In this document: in pieces, positions 29,579 to 39,535 of the stretch
Numbering within the stretch: position 1 is the first letter of the stretch
Layout: each line of letters opens with the position of its first letter
Notes under the pieces: generated by a model
What the model saw: only the letters and a program-made list of their open reading frames with translations
Told to the model about the DNA's origin: nothing
The model's database searches: none
DNA from: Arcobacteraceae bacterium
GTDB taxonomy: Bacteria > Campylobacterota > Campylobacteria > Campylobacterales > Arcobacteraceae
DNA length: 64,000 nucleotides
Assembly: GCA_965224485.1 (NCBI GenBank)
Contig: CBDCZH010000015.1
Location: forward strand, 160,001-224,000
Direction of reading: 5' to 3'
Program-made: the position numbers and the translations under genes

Positions 29579-31030
29579 TTAATTGTTATTTACTAAAGTT
29601 ATACAAAATTCAACACCACCTTGAATATTTTTAACTTCTAAACTTCCATTCATATTCTTTTCTATAATCATCTTACTCATATACAAACCAAGCCCTGTTG
29701 CATTCTTTTTATCTTTAGTTGAAAAATATGGTTCAAAAATCTTTTTAATAATATTTTCTTTAATTCCACCAGCATTATCACTAAGTAATATTTGAGTATT
29801 TTCTAAATTCTCTTTAATTGAAATATTTATTTTTGCATCTTTGTTGCTATTTGTTAACTTATGTTTATTGATAAAAGCATCTTTTGAGTTCATAAGTAGA
29901 TTTATTATCACTTGAGCTAATTCATTTTTATATGCAAGTAATTTTGTATTTTGCTCTCCAAAATCTTTTTGTATTTTAATACCTTCATGCTTGAGTGTAT
30001 CTTTTAATAAAGAGATTGAATTTGTAATAACATCACTTATATAAAACTCATCTTTTATTTTATTATCTTTAAAGAAATTTCCAAAATCATCTATTGTTGT
30101 AGACATATTTTGTGCAATAATTTTACTTCTTTCACATTGTTCATCTAAAAACTTTTCATCTAATTTATTTAGTTTATAAGCTAATTGAATATTTTGTGTA
30201 ATTGTATTTAAAGCACTTAAAGGTTGTCTCCACTGATGGGCAATCATAGATATCATATCTCCCATATCTGCTAATCTTGATTTTTGAATTAAAATTTGCT
30301 CATGCTCTTTTCTTTTATTTATCTCATACTTTACTTTGGATTCTAAGTTATCTTGATGTTCTTGTAAAAGAGTAAATTGTTTAGATATTTTTGTTTTCAT
30401 TTTATTAAGTACATTAAATAAAGACTCAAATTCAACAATATCAATATTATGCTCTTTTGTATAATTTCCACTTTCAATTTCATGAGCAGATAAGGCTAAA
30501 AGCTCTAATGGTCTTTTTAGTAATAATTTAAATACTATAAGAGTTAAAATTGCAATAGTAAGCAAGGTAATTAGTAATAAGGCAAGATTAGTATATAAAA
30601 TATCAAGAAGATTTTCTTTTAATTTATCTTTTGAAAAATAGATTTTAATATTTCCAATTATTTCTTTATTATATTTAATATCAAGATTAGTAAAATCTAG
30701 TTTTTCATTATATTTTACACTCTTATATAAGTATAAAGAATTATTTAAATCATCTTTTATTTCTAAAAAAACTAAAGACTCATCAGCTTCAAAAGATTTT
30801 GCAATTAATTTGATAGAAACCAAATCAATACTCCAAATAGGAAAAGTAACAGCAGATACTAAAGCATTTAAAGTAACTTCATTTTGCTTATTAAAATGAT
30901 CTAAGGCAATATTCTTATTGATTGTATATAATAATACTGTTGTTAATATTGAAACTAAAGAAACCCCCATAATAAGAATAAGGGATAATCTTCTTGATAA
31001 AGATATACTTTTTTTCAAAACACACTCCAT
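29579..31030 (-). CDS. Sensor histidine kinase with HAMP domain
   Basis: Two TMs, MGDMISMIAHQWRQPL H-box, NLLMNSKDA, DNAGGI, FEPYFSTK, GLGLY. Confidence 0.93.
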   Translation of the reverse strand: MECVLKKSISLSRRLSLILIMGVSLVSILTTVLLYTINKNIALDHFNKQNEVTLNALVSAVTFPIWSIDLVSIKLIAKSFEADESLVFLEIKDDLNNSLYLYKSVKYNEKLDFTNLDIKYNKEIIGNIKIYFSKDKLKENLLDILYTNLALLLITLLTIAILTLIVFKLLLKRPLELLALSAHEIESGNYTKEHNIDIVEFESLFNVLNKMKTKISKQFTLLQEHQDNLESKVKYEINKRKEHEQILIQKSRLADMGDMISMIAHQWRQPLSALNTITQNIQLAYKLNKLDEKFLDEQCERSKIIAQNMSTTIDDFGNFFKDNKIKDEFYISDVITNSISLLKDTLKHEGIKIQKDFGEQNTKLLAYKNELAQVIINLLMNSKDAFINKHKLTNSNKDAKINISIKENLENTQILLSDNAGGIKENIIKKIFEPYFSTKDKKNATGLGLYMSKMIIEKNMNGSLEVKNIQGGVEFCITLVNNN

Positions 31031-31075
31031 AAATTTACTTTATTATTTTATCTAAACTTTTAAAAAATTAAGATT

Positions 31076-31960
31076 CTAAGATTTTAACACATTTTGCTGT
31101 GATGATATCTTGTAAACTCTTGAAAAAAACTCAAACTCTAGATAATAAGCGTGTAACATTAAACGTTTAGCTCCACATATCTTTTGTGCTTTTTCTTCTA
31201 AGATATCACCTTTTAAAAGCTTATCTACAAACTCTTCATCTAATCCATAAATAGGATCCCCTACAATAGAGTTATTTATAAAATCTAAATGCACTCTTAT
31301 TTGATGCTGTCTTCCTGTATAAGGAATAGCTTCAACTAAGGTCTGATTCTTTATCTTATTGTAGAAAATAGGTTTTATAAGGGTGCTTGAATCTTTACCT
31401 TCTTTGCTAACCTCCATCTTAATAGAAATTAAACCTTTTGACTTTCCAATCTTTTCATTTATAAGTAATTCTTGCTTTATTTCATTTTTAACTAAGGCTT
31501 TATATTTTTTTACAAACTTTTTCTCCTCAAACATTGAAGATAAAATCATATGAGCATAGTTATTTTTTGAAACTAATACTAAACCAGAAGTTTGTGCATC
31601 TATACGGTGAACCAACTGGGCATTGTCACCATAAAAAAAGCGTATTTCATCTAATAGTGTATACTCATTACTTCTTAAAACTGGATGAACCTTTAAAGGG
31701 CTTGGTTTATCAAAAATAGCAAAATGCTCAGTCTCAAAAATAGCTTTTAAGTTTTTACTTCTAGGCTCAAAGATACTAAGTTCAATAAAACCATCTTTAA
31801 TTATAAGACCTTTTTGTAAACGTCTATTCTTATGATCAATGATTCTGCCTTTTGAAAGAAGTTTTAAAGCAAGTTTTTCTTTAAGTTTAAGAGTATCTAA
31901 TAAAAAGTCTTCTATTTTAATACTTTTATTTATATTATATTTTTTTAAGACATAGGGCAT
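31076..31960 (-). CDS. RluA-family pseudouridine synthase
   Basis: DKPS, VHRIDAQTSGL, TGRQHQIRVHL, IVGDPIYG, LMLHA. Confidence 0.93.
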   Translation of the reverse strand: MPYVLKKYNINKSIKIEDFLLDTLKLKEKLALKLLSKGRIIDHKNRRLQKGLIIKDGFIELSIFEPRSKNLKAIFETEHFAIFDKPSPLKVHPVLRSNEYTLLDEIRFFYGDNAQLVHRIDAQTSGLVLVSKNNYAHMILSSMFEEKKFVKKYKALVKNEIKQELLINEKIGKSKGLISIKMEVSKEGKDSSTLIKPIFYNKIKNQTLVEAIPYTGRQHQIRVHLDFINNSIVGDPIYGLDEEFVDKLLKGDILEEKAQKICGAKRLMLHAYYLEFEFFSRVYKISSQQNVLKS

Positions 31961-31973
31961 ATTTATAAAACTC

Positions 31974-32741
31974 TTAGGTAAAAATTATTTTTAAAATATT
32001 AGCAAGAAGCATAAAAACTAATACAGATATAAGAACTTTTTTAATAAAAGATTCTCCACCTTTAATAGCATAATGACTTCCAATATAAGAACCTAACATA
32101 TTAGCTAATGCCATAGGGATAGCTACCATCCAGATAATTTTTCCTGCAAATAAAAATGCAATAGCAGAACCTACATTGGTTGCTAAATTTAAAGGTTTTG
32201 TTGAGGCTGTTGAGATTAAATACGGTAGATTTAAAAACTTTTTCATAGAAATAGTCATATAAGTTCCAGTTCCTGGTCCTAATAAACCATCATAAAAACC
32301 AATAGGAGCTGTACTTAAAATAATATTTTTTTTACTAAGTTCTATCTTCTCTTCTTTTATATTTTTACTTTTTTTAAGTAAAAAAAGTAAAGCAATAGGA
32401 ATTGATAATAAAATTGCCCACTGTATTATCTCATCATTTATAAACATAATTAAACTAGACCCAATATAAGATGTTATTAAACAAGGAATAATTCCAATAG
32501 AAACTACTTTCCAAGAAATTTTCTTGCTTGCTGCATATTTTATACTTGCCATTAAAGTACCAAAAAGTGATGCCATTTTATTGCTTGCTAGTACAAAAAT
32601 AGGTGGAATTCCTGATAAAAGAAGAACAGGAACTTGTATCATTCCTCCTCCTCCTGCAATTGAATCAATATATCCAGCTATAAAACCTGTTATTATAAAA
32701 ACTATTATCCAAGTAAGTGTAATATCTTGTAAAAATTCCAT
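31974..32741 (-). CDS. TSUP (TauE/SafE) family transporter
   Basis: AGYIDSIAGGGG, GFYDGLLGPGTG. Confidence 0.92.
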   Translation of the reverse strand: MEFLQDITLTWIIVFIITGFIAGYIDSIAGGGGMIQVPVLLLSGIPPIFVLASNKMASLFGTLMASIKYAASKKISWKVVSIGIIPCLITSYIGSSLIMFINDEIIQWAILLSIPIALLFLLKKSKNIKEEKIELSKKNIILSTAPIGFYDGLLGPGTGTYMTISMKKFLNLPYLISTASTKPLNLATNVGSAIAFLFAGKIIWMVAIPMALANMLGSYIGSHYAIKGGESFIKKVLISVLVFMLLANILKIIFT

Positions 32742-32832
32742 ATGACTTCTTTTGATTTTTTTATAATTATAACTAATATTTACAAAGTAAGAGCTAAGAT
32801 TTTTTATTAATTATTTTTATAAGATTTTTTGC

Positions 32833-32846
32833 TTGATATAGATTAA
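32833..32846. promoter_or_regulatory. Crp/Fnr-family box upstream of the cytochrome c pair
   Basis: TTGAT-ATAG-ATTAA versus consensus TTGAT-N4-ATCAA. Confidence 0.5.
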
Positions 32847-32902
32847 TTTTTATAAAAAATCTTTTGTTATTATAAGTATTAAATTAAGGATTTTTATATT
32901 TT

Positions 32903-34093
32903 ATGAAAACATTTATTCAAACACTTATTATTTCATTTCTTGTTATAGTTTTTTTATTATGCCTTCCTTATATCTTACCTACAAAAGTGCAGCTACAATA
33001 CGAAAATGATAATGATTTAAGACAGCGTGCTTTTGATAAAGGTTTAAAAGCAAATCCTACTACTTTGTTAAAGCTTAAAAAAGTTTTAAAACAAAATAGC
33101 AAAAGTATGAGTATAAATAAAATTCTTTTAGGTAAAGAACTGTTTTATGATACTATTTTATCAAAACACAATGATTTATCTTGTGCTTCTTGTCATTGGC
33201 TTAGCAAAAATGTTAAGCAAGAAAATATAATGTTAACACAACTTCTTAAAGTTGAGGAACAAAACTCCTGTTTAAGCTGTCATTTAAATGATCAAAGTGG
33301 AACAAATAGAAGGCAAACAGCCTTAGGCCATGATAAAATTCAAAATCCATTACATTTAAATACTATTTCTATTCTAAACTCTTCTTTATCAAAATATTTA
33401 AGCTGGAGTGGGGAAGTTAAAAGTATGCAAGAGCAGGTAAAAAACTCCATTTTAGGAAAATATAAATTAAATTTAAAAGAAAAGGAACTGATTGAAAGAC
33501 TAGAAGATGATGAAAAATATAAAAAGTCTTTTAAAAAAAGTTTCAATAATGAAAAAATAAGTTTTTTGGATGTACAAAATGCACTTAGTGCTTATGTTAA
33601 TACCGTAATAACAAGAAGCCGTTTTGATTTATTTTTAGAAGGAAATAATAATGCTATTTCAAAACAAGCAAAAAGAGGTTTAGTTAATTTTTTAAATTAT
33701 GGCTGTAGTGGTTGCCATACAGGTAGAAGTGTTGGAGGTCAAAACATACAGAGATTTCCCTTAAGAACTTTTGCAGGAATTCATGACTTAAAACCAAACT
33801 TTACTCTTTATCCAGAACTTAAAATTATAGATAATACTTTTCCTTTTGTAAATACAGGAGGATATAAAGGACGGGCTGATACACAATTTTTCAAAGTTCC
33901 TATTTTAAGAAATGTAAGTAAAACTTCCCCTTATTTTCATAATGGTGCAGTTTCAAAATTAAAAGAGGCAGTTCAAATAATGGCAAGACATCAATTAGGT
34001 AAAAATCTAGAAGAAGAAAAAGTATATGAAATACTAGCTTTTTTAAAAACCCTTGAAGGTAAAAGAGTTGATTATAAAATGAGTGAAGAATAA
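32903..34093 (+). CDS. bCcP/MauG-superfamily cytochrome c peroxidase-like protein with three CXXCH motifs
   Basis: LGKELFYD..LS....SCASCH, extra CLSCH, G...F...GCSGCH, FKVPILRNV..TSPYFHNG. Confidence 0.88.
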   Translation: MKTFIQTLIISFLVIVFLLCLPYILPTKVQLQYENDNDLRQRAFDKGLKANPTTLLKLKKVLKQNSKSMSINKILLGKELFYDTILSKHNDLSCASCHWLSKNVKQENIMLTQLLKVEEQNSCLSCHLNDQSGTNRRQTALGHDKIQNPLHLNTISILNSSLSKYLSWSGEVKSMQEQVKNSILGKYKLNLKEKELIERLEDDEKYKKSFKKSFNNEKISFLDVQNALSAYVNTVITRSRFDLFLEGNNNAISKQAKRGLVNFLNYGCSGCHTGRSVGGQNIQRFPLRTFAGIHDLKPNFTLYPELKIIDNTFPFVNTGGYKGRADTQFFKVPILRNVSKTSPYFHNGAVSKLKEAVQIMARHQLGKNLEEEKVYEILAFLKTLEGKRVDYKMSEE

Positions 34094-35951
34094 AATGAAA
34101 AATTTAAATATTAAACTAATGTTGGCTCTTATGTTTATATCTGGTGTTTTATTAATGGATGTTTTTAATATAAAATGGCAAGTACATACACAAATTCTTC
34201 TTGTTCATGTTTTCTGCTCACTTTTAATTGCTATTTTATTTTTAATTCCTTTTGTTAATAAACATTCATATCTTTATATTGTTGAAAAAAAAGTCAACTC
34301 TATAAATGGTTGGTTCTTAGGTTTTATTCTATTATTAAATATTTTTTCTGGTTTCTATCTTTTTTTTATTGGAAATACAGGAGGAGATATTATTGGTATT
34401 CTTTCTTCTGATATTCACTTATATTCCTCTTTTGTTTTTCTTCTAGCATTTTTTATACATATTAGAAAGAAAGTTAAAAAATTTAAAAATCAACAAAATC
34501 GACAAAGCGTTCAAAGTATATTGTTTCTATTATTTCTCTTAAGTTCTGATGTTTATTCTTTTAGTGATGAGTCTTTTAGAGCTTTTAAATCTTTCAAAAG
34601 TAGTAATTTTAAAATTGAGAAAAATGTAGAATTTTATGTTTCAAAAGACTGGAGCAATTCTACTAAGTGTAAAGCTTGTCATGAAGAGATTTTTAATCAA
34701 TGGGCAAACTCAAATCATAAAAACTTAGTAGATTCAAATCCTTATTATATGGTTTTAGAAACTCTAGCAGGAGAAGTTGAAGGGCAAGAGTTTAGAAAAT
34801 GGTGTATGTCTTGTCATAATCCAAGTTCACTTACTACAGGTGAAAGTAAAACAGGTCACAGTATGAGTGGAAATTTTTTAAACAATACAATTTTTGAAAA
34901 AAATGCAAATACGCTAGTAAAAGATTTCCAAAAACATGGAAACGATCAATTAGAAGAAGGGGTATCTTGTATAACTTGTCATAGGATCATGCAAACAAAA
35001 GAAGAAGGTAATGCTTCATATTCAATAAACCTAAGATCTCAAAAAAAATATCCTTTTGAAGAATCAGATACTGGTATTGCAAATTTTTTAGGACATAAAT
35101 TTATAAATGCAAACCCTAAAGAGCACAAAAAAGCATATTCAAAAGATTTATATAAAAAAAGTTCTTATTGTGCTTCTTGCCATGATGAAACATCTCCTTT
35201 TACTAATAAGAAAATTGTAAATACTTATGGAGAATGGAAAAAATCTCCTTATAATAATTTAAGCGATAAAACAAAACATAAAACTTGTATAGACTGCCAT
35301 ATGACAAATTTGTCAGATAATAAATTTTCACCACTAAAAGATAGATCAACAAAAGGTGGAAAAATAAAAGATGATGTAAAAGTTCACTATTTTACAGGAG
35401 CAAATCATTTTTTATCAGGGCTTAAAAGCAAAAAACATGAAGAGCAAAGTATACAGTTACTAAAAACCTCCGCCACTCTAGATGTAGCTATCAAAAACAA
35501 TAAAATCTATGTGGGAGTTACAAATATAGGAGCAGGTCATCACTTACCTACAGGAGTAGCAGATTTTAGAGAGTTATGGTTAGATATTACTTTAAAAGAT
35601 GCAAAGAATAGAACTATTTTTTCTAGTGGAAAACTAAAAAAAGATGGTAATTTAGCTTTAGACGCACGACCTTTTATGAAAGTATTTGCAGATAAAAATG
35701 GTAAAGAAGTTGGACTTTTATTTTGGAGGTATGAAACACTGTTAAAAGATACTAGAATACCTGCTAAACAAAGACGAGTAGAAGTTTATAATATAAAAGA
35801 AAAACTAAATTATCCACTTGAAATTTCAGTAAAACTAAACTTTAGAATATATCCACAATGGGTAACATCTTTAGTTCAAAAAGCCTACCCTGCACTTCCA
35901 AATCCACCTGTAATAAACTTACAAGAGCTAAAAAAAGAGTTTTTAAAATAA
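34083..35951 (+). CDS. Pentaheme cytochrome c with N-terminal cytochrome b-like membrane domain
   Basis: CKACH, CMSCH, CITCH, CASCH, CIDCH; GAGHHLPTG; 4-5 N-terminal TMs containing His. Confidence 0.88.
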   Translation: MKNKMKNLNIKLMLALMFISGVLLMDVFNIKWQVHTQILLVHVFCSLLIAILFLIPFVNKHSYLYIVEKKVNSINGWFLGFILLLNIFSGFYLFFIGNTGGDIIGILSSDIHLYSSFVFLLAFFIHIRKKVKKFKNQQNRQSVQSILFLLFLLSSDVYSFSDESFRAFKSFKSSNFKIEKNVEFYVSKDWSNSTKCKACHEEIFNQWANSNHKNLVDSNPYYMVLETLAGEVEGQEFRKWCMSCHNPSSLTTGESKTGHSMSGNFLNNTIFEKNANTLVKDFQKHGNDQLEEGVSCITCHRIMQTKEEGNASYSINLRSQKKYPFEESDTGIANFLGHKFINANPKEHKKAYSKDLYKKSSYCASCHDETSPFTNKKIVNTYGEWKKSPYNNLSDKTKHKTCIDCHMTNLSDNKFSPLKDRSTKGGKIKDDVKVHYFTGANHFLSGLKSKKHEEQSIQLLKTSATLDVAIKNNKIYVGVTNIGAGHHLPTGVADFRELWLDITLKDAKNRTIFSSGKLKKDGNLALDARPFMKVFADKNGKEVGLLFWRYETLLKDTRIPAKQRRVEVYNIKEKLNYPLEISVKLNFRIYPQWVTSLVQKAYPALPNPPVINLQELKKEFLK

Positions 35952-35970
35952 AAAGTAAATATTTTACTTT

Positions 35971-36924
35971 TTATTTTAACTCTAAAATACAATTTTTTAC
36001 ATTTTCACAAGAAGAACTTGTATCAAACTGTATTAAAATATGATTAAAACCTAAATCTTCTAAGTTATGCTTTATTTTTTTTCTTAAAACTTCGCTTTGT
36101 TTTAAAATTGTAGAATCATCTTTTAGTACTAAATGAAAAGAGATAAAAGAAAGTTTTGAACTTGGTTTATGTAAGTGCAAATCATGATACTCTAAAATAT
36201 TATCATCAATTAATATTTTTTCATTTAAATCATCTTTTTTTATATTACTTAGATTTGCATCCATTAAAGATAAGAAACTCTTTTTTAATAAAGAATAAGA
36301 ATGAAATAAAATATAAACAGAAAAAATAATTGTTAAAATTGAATCAATATAATATATTTTAAAAAAGTATATAAAAATACCTGCGATTATTACTCCAAAA
36401 GATATTAAAGCATCACTTAACATATGTAAATAAGCTGATTTTATATTTGCATCTTCTTCATTATTGTGCGAATGAGAAGAATGATTATGGCTAAGGGAAT
36501 GAGAATGCTCATGCGAAGAACAAGATGCAACACCCATTTTATTTAATAAATAAGCAGAAATACCATTTGCAAAGACAGCAACAATACCAACACTTATCAT
36601 ATATATTGGTTCAATTATCTCAGGAGTAAAAAATCTTTGTATTGCTACATATATCATAACTATCATAGTTATATATAAAAAAATTGTATTTACAAAAGCT
36701 GCCATCATTTCTGCTCTTAAAAAACCAAAGGTAAATTTGTATGATAATTTTTTTGTAGCTAATTTAATAGCTAAATAAGTAATCATAATAGCAATAACAT
36801 CACCAGTATTATGTAAAGCATCTGCAATTAAAGCAAATGAATTAGATATCAAACCAAACATAATTTCAAATACAATAATTATAAGATTAAATATTATAAT
36901 CCATAAAATCTTTTTTTCTTTCAT
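35971..36924 (-). CDS. Cation diffusion facilitator (CzcD/ZitB-like)
   Basis: SFALIADALHN, His-rich loop, NIKSAYLHMLSDAL, HDLHL. Confidence 0.94.
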   Translation of the reverse strand: MKEKKILWIIIFNLIIIVFEIMFGLISNSFALIADALHNTGDVIAIMITYLAIKLATKKLSYKFTFGFLRAEMMAAFVNTIFLYITMIVMIYVAIQRFFTPEIIEPIYMISVGIVAVFANGISAYLLNKMGVASCSSHEHSHSLSHNHSSHSHNNEEDANIKSAYLHMLSDALISFGVIIAGIFIYFFKIYYIDSILTIIFSVYILFHSYSLLKKSFLSLMDANLSNIKKDDLNEKILIDDNILEYHDLHLHKPSSKLSFISFHLVLKDDSTILKQSEVLRKKIKHNLEDLGFNHILIQFDTSSSCENVKNCILELK

Positions 36925-36933
36925 TTTCTTTCC

Positions 36934-36959
36934 TTATACTATACCCCCTATAGTATATA
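36934..36959. promoter_or_regulatory. CsoR/RcnR-type operator upstream of the CDF gene
   Basis: TATACTATA-CCCCC-TATAGTATA: AT-rich inverted repeat around a C/G tract. Confidence 0.7.
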
Positions 36960-37106
36960 ATCTTAGATTAAAGGAAGCTTATTTGTTAAGTTGTAAGTTT
37001 TTAAGTTGGTAGGTTTAGTTGTAAGTTGGTATGTTTGGAAGGTGTGGTTTGTTTTGCTGTATATATTACTTAAAAGATAATTTTTTTATCTTTTAAGTAT
37101 TTTTTA

Positions 37107-38012
37107 TTAAATTAAGTTTTTGAAATTTCTTACAGAGTATAGTTTTAATTCATCACTTTTTAAAGCTTTTAGTTCATTTGAAAAACCATTTTTTGAAAAA
37201 ATTGCAAAAATATCAACATCTATTTCAGCTTTTTTACAAAGCTCTTTAAACTTTGTTAGTTCAGATTTTTTGATTTTTTGATTTGTATACTTACAGATTC
37301 CTGCAATTACTTTTCCACTTTTTGTTTTTCCTAGTAAAGAAATTTCAATATTATCATCCCAATATCTTCCTAGTTCTATTATTTTATCTTCGCTAAAAGA
37401 TTTTTTTATTAAAGCATGAGATAATTCTTCAAAAATTTGATTTCTAAACTCTATTTTTTTATTTGAAAACTTTTTCTTAAATTCATCAAATCGTCTTTCA
37501 GTAATACTTAAGTATATTGGGGAAACAAAAGCAAACCAAAATCGTAAATAAGCTGAAGTAAATATAAGTTTTTCTGAAACAACTAATTGATTTTGTTTTT
37601 TACTATATTTTTGAAAAGATTTTTCTAAAAGAAGTAAATCACTATCACAAAGTTCATCAATTATTTTAATTCCTTCTTCAAAAGACACTTTAGATCTTTT
37701 AAAAGCTGAATTTGTTCTTCTATCACCTTGCGCTACTCCGGTTAAAATAGCATGAGCAACTCCATATCCTGATGTAAAGTCATGAACATCACTTTTTAGC
37801 TGATAATATTTTTTTAAAATATTTTCTTCTATATTTTCTTCTAAATCTTTTTCTAAATCTAGTTTTATATCTAAACCACCAAAAATAGTAAAATAGTTTA
37901 TAGCTTCTTCTAAATCTTTGAAAGAGTTTTTCTTGCAAAAATATGAAAATTGTTCTTGTATTGATTTGTGACTTAAAAGTATAAGAAATCCTTTTTGTTT
38001 TATAAAATACAT
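37107..38012 (-). CDS. DUF234-domain protein (resembles the C-terminal part of archaeal-type ATPases)
   Basis: FTIFGG, YLRFWFAFV.P, FEEL, GRYWD..IEI, G.CKY. Confidence 0.8.
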   Translation of the reverse strand: MYFIKQKGFLILLSHKSIQEQFSYFCKKNSFKDLEEAINYFTIFGGLDIKLDLEKDLEENIEENILKKYYQLKSDVHDFTSGYGVAHAILTGVAQGDRRTNSAFKRSKVSFEEGIKIIDELCDSDLLLLEKSFQKYSKKQNQLVVSEKLIFTSAYLRFWFAFVSPIYLSITERRFDEFKKKFSNKKIEFRNQIFEELSHALIKKSFSEDKIIELGRYWDDNIEISLLGKTKSGKVIAGICKYTNQKIKKSELTKFKELCKKAEIDVDIFAIFSKNGFSNELKALKSDELKLYSVRNFKNLI

Positions 38013-38161
38013 TATATCATTCTAATTTATTGTTTTAGATTTTAAGAAAAAGCATAATTCAAATATATTTGAAAATCTCTTATAAAATGATTAAAAAACT
38101 ATTTACATTTATATATCTTTAAGTTATAATTTAGACCTATATCAACAATTGAAGACATTAA

Positions 38162-39526
38162 ATGAAAAAACATTTTATTGAACAAGCTCTTATCTTTTTT
38201 AGCGTAAGCAAATGGGTTCTTTTATCCTCTGCTATTGGTGTAATAATTGGTGCAATTGTTACTTTCTTTTTAAATACTCTCCATCAAGCAGAATCAGCTC
38301 AATCTTTGCTGCCCTTTCACTCATATTATTTACTTCCTTTTGGCCTAATGCTAACAGTGTATTTAGTAAAAAGATTTGCGCCTAATGCAAAAGGTCATGG
38401 AACTGAAAAAGTAATTGAAGCAGTTCATAAGCATGATGGAAAAATAGATGCCGCAGTAATCCCTATAAAACTTTTAGCAACTGTTATTACTATATTTACA
38501 GGTGGTTCAGTTGGAAAAGAGGGTCCAGGGGCTCAAATTGGAGCGGGAGCAGCTTCATTTATTTCACAACTTTTTAAATTTTCCCCAAAAGATAGAAGAA
38601 AATTAGTAATTTGTGGAATAAGTGCAGGTTTTGCAACTGTTTTTGGAACACCTATTTCAGGAGCTATTTTTGGAGTAGAAGTTTTAATAGTTGGAATAAT
38701 AATGTATGATGTTTTATTACCATCTTTTATTTCAGGTTTTGCAGCTTTTACAACTGCTAAATTATTAGGAATAAAATACACCTATTACCATATGCAATTT
38801 TCAAACTCTATTCCTGTTGATTTAACACTTGTAATGCAAGTAATGTTAGCTGGTTTATTTTTTGGACTAATTTCTGATTTTTTAATTACTTTTATGAAAA
38901 AAACAGAAAACTATATTAGGGCAATAAAAGTTAATCCTTATATCAAAGCTTTTTCTGGTGGTACTTTTTTAGTAATACTATCTTTTTTTATAGGTGATCA
39001 ATATTTTGGTTTAGGTTTAGATACTATTTCATCTTTATTTTATAGTGATCCTGCCCTTGCAGAAGAGCTACCTTGGTATGCTTTTATTGCTAAAACTATT
39101 TATACTTCTATTTCTTTAGGAGTTGGAGGAAGTGGAGGAATTATTACTCCTATTTTTTATATAGGTGCTAGTTCGGGACATCTTTTTGGTTCAATAATGG
39201 GTGACAACGTAGCTTTATTTGCAGCTCTTGGTCTTACATCTGTTTTATCAGGAACTACAAATGCACCAATAGCAGCTACTATTATGGCTGTTGAATTATT
39301 TGGTATTGATATTGCGCACTATGCTGCAATATCAGCAGTAATTACTTTTTTAATAACAGGGCATAGAAGTGTATTTCAATCACAAATTCTTAAAATGAGT
39401 AAATCTGATATGTTAAATATCTCTTATGGTGATGATATAAGTGGTTCAAGTGTAGACTTAAGTACTAAAAGTAAAGAAAAGATGGCTAAATTTAGAAGAA
39501 AAATTAGTTGGAAGAATAAAAAGTAA
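38162..39526 (+). CDS. ClC voltage-gated chloride channel family protein
   Basis: GHGTE, GGSVGKEGP, FGTPISGAIF, GGSGGIITP. Confidence 0.93.
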   Translation: MKKHFIEQALIFFSVSKWVLLSSAIGVIIGAIVTFFLNTLHQAESAQSLLPFHSYYLLPFGLMLTVYLVKRFAPNAKGHGTEKVIEAVHKHDGKIDAAVIPIKLLATVITIFTGGSVGKEGPGAQIGAGAASFISQLFKFSPKDRRKLVICGISAGFATVFGTPISGAIFGVEVLIVGIIMYDVLLPSFISGFAAFTTAKLLGIKYTYYHMQFSNSIPVDLTLVMQVMLAGLFFGLISDFLITFMKKTENYIRAIKVNPYIKAFSGGTFLVILSFFIGDQYFGLGLDTISSLFYSDPALAEELPWYAFIAKTIYTSISLGVGGSGGIITPIFYIGASSGHLFGSIMGDNVALFAALGLTSVLSGTTNAPIAATIMAVELFGIDIAHYAAISAVITFLITGHRSVFQSQILKMSKSDMLNISYGDDISGSSVDLSTKSKEKMAKFRRKISWKNKK

Positions 39527-39535
39527 TTATTTAAT

